From assembly GCA_012026655.1 (NCBI GenBank), contig JAAILG010001290.1:1-64000 (forward strand): a DNA stretch of 64,000 nucleotides. The letters are read 5' to 3'. Positions 1 to 12,782 of this stretch are shown here, piece by piece. This stretch comes from Hydrolagus affinis (taxonomy: Eukaryota). Each line of letters starts with the position of its first letter. Position 1 is the first letter of the stretch. The notes beneath the pieces are model-generated. The model made no database searches. It saw only the letters and a list, made by a program, of their open reading frames with translations, and was not told the origin of the DNA. The position numbers and the translations under genes are program-made.

Positions 1-187
1 CCTCTTTGACCGTGCCTTTTGTTCCACCCCGAATCTTTCGACCTCCCCTTCGTGTTTCACCCCCGCCCAAACACTCCCCTCCCAGCTCGGGTCACACGCC
101 TCCTGTGCAGCGCCTTGGGACGTCCTCCCGACGTGAAAGGCGCTCTATAAATGTAATTTGTTGTTGTTGTTAATTTGTTGTTGTTGA
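1..187 (+). mobile_element. L2-clade LINE 3' end, young subfamily, cut by the window start
   Basis: 3' UTR ends in stem-loop AGCGCCTT-ggg-ACGTC-ctccc-GACGT-ga-AAGGCGCT (109-144), then tataaatgtaat(ttg)n. About 9 differences in 170 bp from the reverse complement of the 38438-38870 copy, which encodes an L2 ORF2 C-terminus. Confidence 0.9.
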
Positions 188-1514
188 CCTTATATGTGCC
201 TTAATAGAAAATCTTCAGAAAGATGTGCATCACCATTTTTGAGCAGGTTTTTTTTAACCTCCTGCATACATTCCTATCTTACATTCCATTGCTTCCATTT
301 TTGTTCCATAACATTTTATTGGGGACAGGGGTGGAAATGGTCTCCTGTGAATCATAAAATATAGAACTTCCAACATCAAAGAGCATTGTACAAATAAATC
401 ATCCTTATCCAATCCAGCCTCTGGCCAGGATTACTAGATTTTCGAGTCCTCGGATACAAACATACTTTTGAACATTGCTCTTTCTGGAACTAAATCTGAA
501 CATCATCAGCTGAATGATACGTGGAGCCATACCACTGTCTGTGTGTAGTCTGGCCTCTTAGGCTTCCATGAGAAAAGGAAATGTTTGGTCTATCAATTAT
601 ACCTTAATTTTATATTTGTGCTTCTGTGACCCTAATGAGAACTGAGGCAATAAAAGACAAATTCTGTAAATGACCTGCTGCAGCTTCCAAATGTATCTTT
701 GGTCGAGTGAAGTGTTTACTCTTCTCTTTCCCATTTTGTTACCCATATTCAAAGTGCACCAGTTAGCCAAAATAAATTGAAGCTGACTAGCTTCTCTCGG
801 TTCTTCAATGAAACATAGAAGTTTGGGCACGTTCTTAACCGTGTTCTCCAAAGCTCTAACTGACCAGTTGCTCCAATATAGACAATGGCTCCAAAATATA
901 TCAATGCTTTCAAGTGACTTTCATTCTAGTATAGTTATAAATTAAATACTTCATAATAGTGGTTGGCAGCATGGATAACCACTCTAGTAACATCACGGCT
1001 ACCGGCCAAGAACTGCCATCCATATGATGGGAAGAAAAACTAGTTCACTTTTATTTAATTATGTTTGACTGAACATTGAGCTGTTCCAAAGTTTGATAAT
1101 TTAGTTTATAAAAAAATGTGGTTTCCCACTCCCCTTTTCTCTAAATACATTCAAATCGTTTGATGCATTATAAATTTGTTTTCCATTGAAGTTTCCAGGT
1201 ACAAAAGATTTTTGCTGACTTGGACAAAGAAAGACAGGTGGAAGAGTAGGTCATAAAAGTGAACTTTCAGCAGAAACATTGCAAACACTGAGATGTGCAG
1301 CTGAATGCAGGCAGTTGGACAGGTTGGAAGCAATGCATTTGAAGTTACAATTACTATGGACCTCAATTTAAAAATGAAACCAGAGGGTTTTTTTGGGGGA
1401 ATGAGTTCAACCAAATCCAATTTCTCAGTAAGACTCGGAAACCAATTTCCAAGGAGCAGCCTACAGTTCAAGCCAGGTAAGGTTCAGTTTAGAAAGATGG
1501 GAAAGTGTAAGACA

Positions 1515-1588
1515 ACAACAACAAAATAACAAAATTGCACTTATATAGCGCCTTTCACGTCGGGAGGACGTCCCAAAGCGCTGTCCCA
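1515..1588 (-). mobile_element. Heavily 5'-truncated L2 insertion (tail stem-loop only)
   Basis: (caa)n plus tatagcgcctttcacgtcgggaggacgtcccaaagcgctg is the reverse complement of the L2 tail. Candidate TSD aagaca at 1509-1514 and 1589-1594. Confidence 0.85.
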
Positions 1589-3294
1589 AAGACAGGAAGG
1601 AGCCTGAGAATTGCGGAAAGATGAATGGGCAACCATTACAACAAACCTTAATATAAGTGTCCAAGAAAGGACAGTTAAACCCATGCAGTGGAATAGATTT
1701 AGTTCAATTGTTTTTGTTATGGAAGAACTGTAGAGGAACAAATGAGAACCTGAATGAACATTTTCTTGAATTAAGAGTTCCCTTCTGCTGGTTATTCATT
1801 CTGATTTATGCTACATACTTAATCACCTAAGTGTCTCTTTGCTTAGCACACATGCTTTTCATAGCTGCCAGCATGATTCAGTAGCCTTTCAGATTGCTTG
1901 TCAATTTGTAATAACTCAAGGAGTATTTAATATTTGTATTTCTGTTGAAGATCAGTTTAATTAGTTTTATGTGTTAAGTAGTGTGCCATGGTCTCTTCTG
2001 TTCAGCCTTCCTCTAAGATCAAGGTGGCACATAAATGTAAATTTTTTATTATCATTATTATTTAAATCATTGAAACTTGAAATGCAACTACAGGACTAAT
2101 GACACATAATTATCAGTTCCACTGAAAGCAAATAAAAGTCAAATGCCTTGTTTTTCATGGAAAGTTCAAACTAATCTAATTAATTTTGGTTAAACCATGC
2201 AAGTACCTCTTGAAGAAAGATTTTTTAAAAAATGATTCTCACCAACTCTGCAAGACATATTAAACATTTTGTTAAATGTCTAGGTTTGGCAAGGATGGCT
2301 GGATTATTTTTTGAAAGGGATTGGAATGCAGGAAAGTGTACATTGAAAATTCTCTGTATGTAAACTGGTATTTGTCAATTTCTGACCTGAAGCACACTCC
2401 AGTTTACCACAACACAAAAATCATCAACAGATATTTCTTAAATTGCCCTATGTATGCATGTGTACGCGGGTGGGTGTGTATGCATGCTGTGCCCTTATTT
2501 ATTTTATTATTGTTGCTTTTTCTCATCAGTATGGAACTTTGTAGAACTTAAATTGCTACCACACTTCTACTTTTAGAGGAATTTAATAAAAATCATATGC
2601 CGGGATATACCTGGAACTGTACTCCTGTACTGTCCATTTCTGTAGGCCAATATATAAGTTGGAATGCTCTGTGGAGACACAATTGCTGTCAGTTGATGTA
2701 TTTGAAATGTACTGCCTACTCTCTATTCAGAGCAATGGAAGTCAAAAGTGCTGGAAAAGCAATTGAACTCAGGTGAACGTGGAGGATACAAAGAAATGTG
2801 CTATGTGATGATTATCACCCAGTGATGGGATTGGAAAAATCATGGAGAAAAGTGGGGGAAATGCATTTAAATAAGAGTTGGTAGACTAGGCTCAATAGTT
2901 TATGCACGTTCCCATGATATTCATAAGCATATCATTAGCGGGAGAATCTCAATGGTTGTGCAATATAAATTAGACTTGCAGTAAGCAGCTGGATTCCAGC
3001 TGCAGGCAATGTGTTGTTTAGACAATAATCTTACTAATTACCATCTTATACAAGATTTAACGGGAAAACTTCATTTTTAAAAATGGTTGTAAAATACTTT
3101 TAAGTGCCATTTTATAACCTGGAAAATTCCTTTAAAAACTAAGCATCCTATTATGCTGCGGTTAATTTATACTGAAGGCAATTTACTGTAACTTAATTCA
3201 TTGCTCTGTAAGGCAGGAGTTCCTAATTGAAGTTAAAGTTGTGGCTGTTTAAAGTAGAAAATTTATTACTGCACATTTGGGATGATCTAACAAA

Positions 3295-3460
3295 AATAAT
3301 AATCTTTTCCTTTGATATAACATCTTATTACGTCATTGAGACTTCTCAAAGTACATTACAGGATAGCCAAATATACAGAATATATAAAGTGAATTGACTA
3401 TTTATATTTTGGGGGAGAAACGTGGCAGCCAATTACGCACAGCGGTGTCACAAAACAGTC
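3295..3460 (-). mobile_element. SINE 3' half (family A / Deu-type tail), degraded
   Basis: aataataat...tttgatata...ctcaaagtac...aaagtgaattgact...aaacgtggcagccaatt matches the tail of the full copies at 4391 and 24552. Confidence 0.7.
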
Positions 3461-3797
3461 GAATGGCATTTTGATTCAATATGAGCATCTTAACAATTTT
3501 AATGCACTGGCTTCTTTGAATGTATAATATATCTCCTCCTTCTGCATCCCCCTCCCATACCTTTTCTCATTCACAATTTTAAATATTCTGATTCCAAATT
3601 ACTGTGGTTCCATAAATGGATCATGGCAATAAATAGGCAGAGGTTTTACTGTAAACTCAATGAGTCATTAATAGGACTGAGAGCATCTGGCATGACTCAC
3701 CTCAACCCTTCTCTTTCCCCACCCCCATCATCAAAAATGTCACTTCGAAGTCTTTTTCCATCAACAATTTTATCCTGGTGCTGAGATGTTGTGATCA

Positions 3798-3975
3798 TCT
3801 GTAAAGAAATGAAACTTAAACAAAGCTTGAGAAAACAGAATGTTTGGATGATACAATGATGAACCCATCATGCTAAAATATCATATTAGGATCTGATGAA
3901 TAGCTGACTGACCCACTGTAGATTGCCAACACTTTTTGTTTTTACTTCAGTTTCTCTACGTCTGAAGGTTTTTTT
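3798..3975. mobile_element. Decayed palindromic Penelope-like (PLE) terminal relic
   Basis: Right part ctgatgaa...gctgactgacccactgtagattgccaacactttttgtttttacttcag aligns loosely to gctgcctgacctgctgag..ttcccagcaacttctgtttttgtttcag of the 32 kb and 44 kb copies. Left part aaaacagaatgtttgga resembles the inverted arm. Confidence 0.5.
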
Positions 3976-4390
3976 TCCTCATTCTGATCATTAACTTCTG
4001 ACCATATGCTGCCTCTATTTAACCGTGCCTTCTACTAAATGAAGCACAATTTGACTTTTCATGTGTGTGGCCCTTTATATTCAGGAGAAGTTCCAGCAAC
4101 AACACCTGGACCTCTTTACTGGTTTCACTTGACCTGACCAAAGCAACACAAGTCGAGTTGCCCTTTGGCAACTTCTCGGTAGGGTTGGCTGCCCCACCAA
4201 ATCAACTGAATCCACAGTAGGGTTGAGTGAGACAAGTTTGAATCATTGCTCAATGCCGAACAAGTGTTGCAGCTTCATTCTTTATAGTATTTTCTTAGCT
4301 GTACCACTTTTAGATATTGTGCATTACCCTGGACAAATGAGACAAATCAGTCTTGCAGAGCTGCAGGAAAGCTGTTAAGCAAATCATGGT

Positions 4391-4710
4391 AATAATAATA
4401 ATATTTCTTGCATTTGATATAATGCTTTTCACGTCATCTAGACAGCTCAAAGCGCTTCACAGAATATACCGTAAAGTGAGTTGACTGCATATTTGTGGGC
4501 GAAACGCGACAGCCAATTGTGCACAGCAGTGTCCCACAAACAGTTGTGGATTGAAGTGACAAATTTATTATTGATGTTTTTTCTTGAGGGATTATTATCA
4601 GGCATGTGGAGAAAGGAAACTTGCCCAAGGTTTTGAATAATTAAGGATCTTTACTCAGGACTCTTGCTTGTGAGGCAAATGCTCTAACCACTGAACTACA
4701 GGATTCTACA
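4391..4710 (-). mobile_element. tRNA-derived SINE, family A, near full length
   Basis: Reverse complement starts gaatcctgtagttcagtggttagagcatttg (A box), then cttgggcaagtttcctt, then a 3' body ending tatcaaatgcaag(att)n. Homologous to the copies at 24552, 48790 and 56177. Confidence 0.85.
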
Positions 4711-7700
4711 ATATGTTTCAGCCAATTAATTCTTCCAGTGTTTACCCGTTATAAATATAAAACTACTAATATCCTTAAGGAATACTCGTATTTGCGTAAA
4801 GAGAGGATTAGCTATCAAGTTACAGTAAGATCATTCAAGGATATCAGATTAAGCTCCTATGCACTGATAGATTGATAAATCTTCCAAAAGTTTCAATGGT
4901 TTCCTATAAAATTACAATATTGAAAAAAATGGTAGAGAGGATTATCTGAAAAATGCTTCGCTTTGATCACGAAATGGCTGGCTTCAGGATTTTCATACTG
5001 AATGCATTTCCGACTAGGTGGTTATTAATTGTTCACTGGGAAATGTATCTACAACAACTTACATTTATATGCAGCGTAGGATCCCATAGCTCTAAATGAA
5101 CATAGAGTAGCACAAGATACATTTCCTAGGCTGCAATATCAATGAAACGATTAAGCCCAGGTCAACTGTAAAGTAGTTTATGTGCAAGAAACCAGAAGAG
5201 CAATTGATGCAATGGGTCTCTTAAGCAAACACCTCATTGCCTGTTGTTATGTAGAATGGAAAGACCAATTTCAACGTATCTCAATTTTTATTTCATCAAA
5301 ATCATTTGTTTTAAATTTAGAAATGACTAGTGATGCTCTCTCTCAATGAGATTCACTTGTTGTAATTTTGTTGTTGTTGGGTCTGAATTGCTATCAAACA
5401 AGGGAGAAAACTGGTGTGGATATTGAATTCAGTAATGAAACACCTGACGCTGAACACACTGTGCCACAGTAGTTGATGGTTTTGTAAAACTATTTCTGAA
5501 AGAATTTCTTTCAACTGATACTTAGGATGCAACAGGCATTTGGTTCAGCTGAGGGAAGCTGTCAAAACGCTCTTCAGCATTGTATCCAGGAGAAATAATT
5601 TTATGAATTTCCTGTGTAAAATCTTCCACTCGCTTTCTCCAGTCACTCTGTGTTGGTTTACGCTTTGCAGGCTTAACTGCCATAGCTGTTTGGGGAACCA
5701 AAATACTTGTTTAATTCTTAACTTTTGTCACAACTGTGAAAATAACTTAATGCTGAACTGATTGTGTAGTTCAGAGGTTTAATAAAGCCTCATGAAGCCA
5801 AATTAAGCAGCAACTGGACTTTCTTTGCAAATATACGGAATGGAAATATTGTATCACAGTGTAGGTCTTGGCCTTGTAAGACTGGGATAGAAATGATCTG
5901 GTAAATTCTACTCTCTTCAAGCCAAATGGCAGAAAAAGTACTTACGCCATCTAAATTTTGCCTTCCCCAAGATGTTTTTTTTCGAGTGAACAAAAGGTTT
6001 TGCTCAGTATCCAACAAACATATTAACCCACCAGTCATTCTCCCAATTATTTGGAGTTTATCCCCACAGTCAACTGCCCACTGAGTTGCCCACACGTATA
6101 TGAAAATAAGGTTTGATTTCATTCATCCTTGAAGCTGCTTCTAGTCAGCCTTAGAATCAGTCAATCATTGTCTATGTGTTGTGCAATAATACATTTGTTC
6201 GCTGGCACCAAGCATTTTCTTTTCCCTGCACATTCATCTACCAAGATTCGTTGTTGGATGCACTAGTTTCAGACTGTCACGACTAGGAATCCTGTGATCT
6301 TAACAACAACAAAATTACATTTGTATAAGTCTTTCATGTCGGGAGGATGTCCCAAGGTGTATCTATTGGCTGAATATGAAAAAACCTGAGCTTTTGGTGC
6401 ATAATCAAATTGACATAACTCAGTTGATCATCAACATCATAGTATTTAGCAGTCCTATGAGGAATCCATTTAATTATTGCTCTTAATAATCTTTCTTGCT
6501 CATTCAGGAAATCCCAGGATCTGCAGGGTGTTAAGATTAATATGTTAATATTCTATTAAGAAATAGTAAAACCGACTGCCGGGGCTTAGCAATGCAATCC
6601 AGTGAATGTGAGGTCTGTGGGGGAGCCAGCTCCAGTTATTTCTCTTCCCATCACTGAATTGAATATAACGTTGACTTTTAGGTCCACATAAATTTTTATT
6701 ACATATATATACTATAATATTTAATATATATTTCTTTGAGTTTGCATGGTTAACCCTAGAAATTAAGGTTCTTTACTTATTTCTTTCATAGATAAATTGG
6801 TGAATTGAGAGAGACCTGCTTTTTTTTAAAAAAAAGCATGATATTTTACCATAACTGTTATAAAATATCCATGTCCATATAAAATATTGTCTGAAATGGA
6901 ATATCCGAAAAAGATGAGTTTAAAAAAAATGTGTGTCTATGTGGACAAAATCTTACTAGATCAGTCTATGCAATGTCCTAATAATTGACTAATCCGTGTA
7001 ATGTACACCCATAAATATCATTTGTAGTTGCTAATTTACAAACACAGGATCATTTTACTTTAAAGTTCTCAACAAGCACCAGCATGCTGCAGATTAGGTG
7101 TTCCAAAGACTAACCCAGACTTGACTGGTGTTTGGATAATTGGTGGCTTTTAAAGCATCAGTCATTTGCTGGCTTTGTTCCGTTTCAACAAGGCCAGGAA
7201 TATACTTTCATCAATCTTGTAACACATTTCTGACAGAATTCATTAAAGGTTCTTGAGAAGCATTGCATTGGTTAACTGGACAGGCAGACAAACAGCAGGA
7301 TAACGTTATTTGTTACCAGTAGAGCCTGTTTTTTTTAATCAAATTCTTGCCTTTGGTAAGCAACATTTCACATCACGGAACATCTCAAGCACTTCATAGG
7401 GTCCATTGCAAATCTATGTACCATTTTGTTTAGTGTCCATCTTACATATTTAATTGAAGTACAACACATGGCTTGGGTGAATCACTATTGCACAACATTT
7501 AAAGCAAGTAATTGTCAACACGTAAAAGAAGTCGAGAAGTGGTCAAGCTTCTTGATCATTCGTACAGAATGTGGTGCACCAACTCTCTCTGGTAATATTA
7601 GATTCAAGGGGTATCATCTTCTTCCGTTTGTTGTAAATGGGAGGGGGGAAGGAAATTTTGATCATGATATTATAAGCTTATTAAAAAGGCTGCACGGTTT

Positions 7701-8719
7701 CCCTGTCATGGCTTTGTCTGTTTATATAAAAGAATTCAAGTGATGCTTCTAAAATGTGCTGTAAAGTTTCTCTCGATGCCTCCCAACCTAAGTAATGTAT
7801 CATTAATAAATTCTGTCCAGTGACATTCCATAGATAAGAATTTTACGTTTCAAATCAACATTTTCGAAAAGATATTTATCAATCTGTATATTTTTTATCT
7901 CAAAAGGTGTGCCCAGAAAAAAATACATCTTTACACAGAGTATTGGAGTGGATTGCCTCAAAGCACTACCGGAATAGAGTTGATGAATGTTGTCGTTATT
8001 GTTGATGGAATCACTCAAAAATAAATACTGTTGCTTAAGAGTATGTTGCTTAAGTGTAAGGATATTCAGCAATGTGGAGAAAAGTTGGAGAATTGGAATT
8101 AAACTGAGATGTCTAAATACTTAATGGTAGAGCTGATATGATGGGCTAATTCTATTTTATTCTGGTTTGATTGGATATTCTCCCAACATGAAAGGCTTTA
8201 TATTAATGCACTGCATCGTTATTGTTGTTGCTGCGTTTCTTTGTAAACTTCAAACCTCTTCTAAACAATGTATTGGATAATTGGTTTTAAATGCTATTAT
8301 GTTCCACTATTTGAATTATTTGAAGCACATTTTTACCTCAGAAGTAAATCTAAAATTACCTTTGTCAGTAGTACTTAATAGTTTAAATAGCAAAGAACTT
8401 GCATCAGATGTTGATGGAATTTCGGTAGTAGCAGTCACATATGGGACTTTTCAGACCTCTGACCAAAGGAATGATAAAATTAAACTTGTATGAGATCCAA
8501 CAAGGTTTGGTTTGGAAGTTTTCCTTGTTTCTCCACCGTTGCCAGCTCTGTACACCATTACTGGAAAAATATGTCTTTGTTATTGATAAATTGAAGTGGA
8601 CCAAATCTGTTCATGAAATCAAATAGGGCTGCAGAATGTGATCGCGCTCCTGGGAAAATCCCATTACATGTGACGATTGACAGATTGGGAGTATGTAATG
8701 AGTAACTTCAGAGAAATGT

Positions 8720-9045
8720 AATGATAATAATAATCCTTGCATTTAATACAGTACCTTATCATGGCTTCAAGACATCTCAAAGCACTTCAAAGAATATACT
8801 GTAAAGTGAATTGTATATCTGGGGAGTGAAACAAGGCAGCCAATTCTGCCCAGCAGGTCCATAAACATCCCAGAATTGAGTGACCAAATTCTTATTTTAA
8901 AAAATTTATACAGATTATTACCCCCAGTAAAGCAATCTGCCAATTGTCTAACAATTGTGTTCCTACTTACAGCTAGGTAAACAGAGGCATGTGGAGTAAG
9001 GAAACCTCCTAACATTTCACCCCGTCCAGGAATTTAACCTCTTGG
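8720..9045 (-). mobile_element. SINE family A variant with a longer CORE-like central segment
   Basis: Same (aat)n tail and body as family A. The reverse complement of ~8960-9010, gtttccttactccacatgcctctgtttacctagctgtaagtagg, extends the CORE-like block. Confidence 0.7.
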
Positions 9046-9559
9046 TTGTTGATTATTCTAACGAATAAGTTACAGGATGTGGGGATTTTGAAGGTACCTG
9101 ATATCAGAGAAATTTTTGTGTGATCCCAGACAGATGAAGGCAAAGAGATGAGGAGTTTCAGAACTATGAAAGTCTTAGACCTCAAATATGCAATAAAGTG
9201 CCAGGACACTTCAGCGACAGAATTTATGATTGGTGTGTGAAGCAAAAAGAAAATCAGCGCACTCATTGATGTCAGTAATTAAAAGCACATCACACTCATC
9301 AAATTTCAGTACTGGATCCAAGACCTGTTGTGGATTAGACCAGCTGAATAGACTTCTTTTTGTCTAATTTTTCACACATTTTCCTGCTGCTGCATGGATT
9401 TCCATATTGATACTGTGTTGGTCCATGTCTTTCGTGGTATTATGCATTCATCTCTGGCTTGGGACATCTTAACATTGTCTTTTGCATGACCATTGTATTT
9501 TACAGGATTGTTGACTCATCTGATGAATGGGACACGCTTACCTATGCCCTTACACTGTC

Positions 9560-9815
9560 ACTCTGAAACTCCGTCCTACAGTCCCTTCACCTCGCTTCCT
9601 CCCTTGCCTCTTTCAAGGCTGGTCTCAAGACCCTCCTCTTCAACCATGCCTTCTGCTGCCCTCCCAACTCTCTTCCCCTTTTCCTAACTCTCTCCCTCCC
9701 CCTCCACCCTGCCCCTCCCCCTTGCTCGGATCCCAACCTGACTGTTCAGCGACTTGGGACATCCTCCCGATGTGAAAGGCATTCTATAAATGTAAATTGT
9801 GTTGTTTGTTGTTGT
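9560..9815 (+). mobile_element. Older L2 LINE 3' fragment
   Basis: ctctgaaactcc...ttcaaggctggtctcaagaccctcctcttcaaccatgcc (ORF2 end), pyrimidine-rich UTR, tail gcgacttgggacatcctcccgatgtgaaaggcattctataaatgtaa(ttg)n. Confidence 0.85.
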
Positions 9816-10229
9816 ACTGGTATTTGTTTAAACCAAATTCTCATGTATAGCTATGTTTCTGAATGCTCTTAAAAGTTTATTTTCAAAACAAACTTTAATT
9901 TTTTGTGTTTTTCTCCATTTTTCAGTCCTTTATTTTGTGTGTTACGTAAAAGAAAAATGTCATCCTAGTGTGGATGTTCTTTCTGAAAGCTGCTGGGGTA
10001 TGATGGCTTTTATCCAAAACCAACCTAATGTTTGATGGAATGCTAAAGTGCTGTCTACCTCCAATCGTTACCCAGCTACAATCATCTGTGATCATTGCGG
10101 TAAATATAGATCGTGTTTCCAAAACATTCAGAATTGAAATAACTGTTTCTGATGAAAAATGGATGATATGCCAAGGTTGGCAGTAAGATGTGAAGAAAAA
10201 TATACACAAGAGAGACTGACCACATAGCT

Positions 10230-10480
10230 TGAGTTATAAGGCAAAATGTGGTTGCCAAAGGAAAACTATATGTATCTGGACGATCGTCTGTCTGCATTTC
10301 TGGTCATCTAATCTTAGGCAGGATATGAGTGCACTTCAAAAGATACAAAGGAAGCAGAATTATTTTGGACATCAGAACTTAAGTTATGGAATTTGGTTTG
10401 TTCTATTTGGAAAAGAGGATGTTTTAATATGACCTATTTTTAAAGTTTTCAACATTATGAAATAGATCGACCTAGATAAA
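10230..10480 (+). mobile_element. Ancient CR1 LINE ORF2 fragment
   Basis: Translation CLHFWSSNLRQDMSALQKIQRK resembles the CR1 motif CVQFWSP.L.KDI.ALE.VQRR. A degenerate SLEKR..../VFKIM-like segment follows. Confidence 0.6.
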
Positions 10481-12694
10481 ATGGATGAATTTAAAAAAAA
10501 AATAGATTTGCATAAATTGGAATGATAGACCAGTCACCGGGGGTGGGAGCGGGTGGGAGGGGGCAAGGATTCTTCTCAGCTCCAGTTAACCCTGAAAACA
10601 AAGCCCTAATAGGTACAGTGGCCCAAGACTGTCAGACAGTGCTTTCAATGGCAATTGATACGTTTTTAGCTGGTTGAGCTCCAGTTATCCCAAATACAAA
10701 TTCCCCAAGCCTCAGCTTTTGCCAACCTGACCAAAATAAGAATGACTGAATGGTCCATTATAAATAATTGTACCTTTGGCAATACGGTATAGCAAGTAAA
10801 GAGATATTACATTGTGAATGCAAATTGCAGAATATAATGAACATGGAATGCATTTGAACATTGGTAGCAATATCATAATTCAAGTGATGAGAAAAGCAAA
10901 CTGTTTTTGCACCAGTTTTTTTTTAGAAAGTCTTATTTTTTATGTTTGAATGAGGCTTTTATTAAACTAGATGGACCAGATGTGAGTACAAATGCAGATG
11001 TAAAGGAGAGTTTTTTAAAAGTAGAAATGCACACGTTTGTGGTGTATATTTGCTCAGTGGTAGCTCGTTCAGTTGTTTTTGATTGCAGAAGTTTTATTTA
11101 AGTAGACTGAATAAAATGAAGCTCAAATCCTTTTGCCTTAGTACAATTTAACTTTCCCTTAAAAAATATTTTTATTTTAAAGTGTGTTAAAAGGGAGTAA
11201 TTTAACAGGGTTTTTTTTTCCACTTTGGGGAATTATTGTACCATGAACAATGTCCAAAGTAGATTAAAAACTGTCAGAAAGGCTATTGCATTAACCTCTT
11301 GATCTGTACTTTCACACGGCTACTTGGCTATTGTGTTGATTGTTAGAAACCGCCTTGCATTTGTTGGGGGAATGGACAAACCCAGTGTCAATCCCTGTAC
11401 TGTTATGGTAATTCAGGATTTCTGAAATGCTTTATTATAGGGCTAGCGTTTAAAATACAAAACCATGCTTGCAAAGAGACTTGTGTTGTCCAATCTTCAG
11501 CAAGACTGCTCTTCCCATTATAAACGCTGCCTGTGCAATGGTGCATGAAAAGTTTTTTTTTAAAGTTACTTGCTTTCTGGCAAAATTATATTCTTCTTTA
11601 AAAAAAACTTTTTGAAATTAGTCATCATTGTTAGTTTAAAGAAGAATAAAAATGTAGCTTTGGAATTGCCAGAGTGGCAGTTGGGAGAGAATTGATCAGA
11701 GATTAGTGCTCTAGGGTTAAAGAAGGGGAAGCACTAAGGAAAAATATGCAGTTTAGGTTCACAGAAAATAGGGAAGTAGTGTTTTTCTACTTATCTATTA
11801 AAAGTAACTTGACCCTGATAAATTGTCAAGTGGGACTTTCCTGCTGCTGATGGACGTGACTCTGCCACCTCTCATTTGTTGGGTCAAATTCTTACTGCAG
11901 AGTTGCAAAGTACACCTAGAAAGTTCCACTGCAGAAGACAAACTTATTTAGTTGTTTAAAATAAGTAGAATAAATATATGTGGTATGTACTTTAAGTTTC
12001 AGGATGGATGTTGGAACAAAGATAAATAGAAAAGCAGTGGATTCCCTTTGAAATTTAAACGTTGCAAAATATGACCACTTTTGCAGTACATGTCTATTTT
12101 GTAAATAACATATTCCAATTCCAACAAGGGTTGAGAGTAGATTTTTTAAAATAGAACTCTTGAAGTGTTGCTCATCTGATTTTCTAAACATTTGGAGCTA
12201 AGGAGGTTTTATTTTGATCTAGCGAAGGAAACGTGTAGAATTGGCTGCTCTGAAATTAATCTGAGTCAAGCAAATGGTAACATGAAGCATGTCACACTAA
12301 CCCAAGAGAACTCTGCTCCAACACAATCTACTAATGGACAGGCTTCCCATGAGTTGACAGGAATTCTAATGGGATACGAAATACCACAGAGTAGACCCAT
12401 CGAATATCAAATGTCAACAGTGCAGTGTTGTGCTGAGTAATGCAGATTGTATATAATATTACATTTATATCCTGGAGACGTTTGCTTGGTTGGTTCTCAC
12501 TGCAAGTGTCGGAACAAAATGTCAGTGTTTCTGTGATTAAAGGTTATTCACCTCACTTGGAAGTTTCAAGTTGGAAATAATCCAAGACTCTGGAAATGGC
12601 TATGTATTTATAGAAGCAGTTTTGATGGACCAAATGACCTATTAATTCCATTCCATACTCCAGTTACAGAATTGTCTTTCCAGATGATCTTCTT

Positions 12695-12782
12695 AATAAT
12701 AATCCTTATTTAATTTCATACCTCATCAAGACATCTCAAAGTACTTCACAGGAAATACTTGTAAAGTGTCGTGCTTGCACAT
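12695..12782 (-). mobile_element. SINE tail fragment
   Basis: taataataatcctt...caagacatctcaaagtacttcacagg...gtaaagtg matches the family A tail. Confidence 0.65.

Noticed and set aside
345-1300. Very old CR1-like RT fragments
   Set aside because: Only vague motif echoes. Boundaries and strand cannot be supported without a profile search.
3855-3895. C/D box snoRNA (ATGATGA...CTGA)
   Set aside because: Only ~40 nt, no terminal stem, and it lies inside the decayed PLE-like relic.
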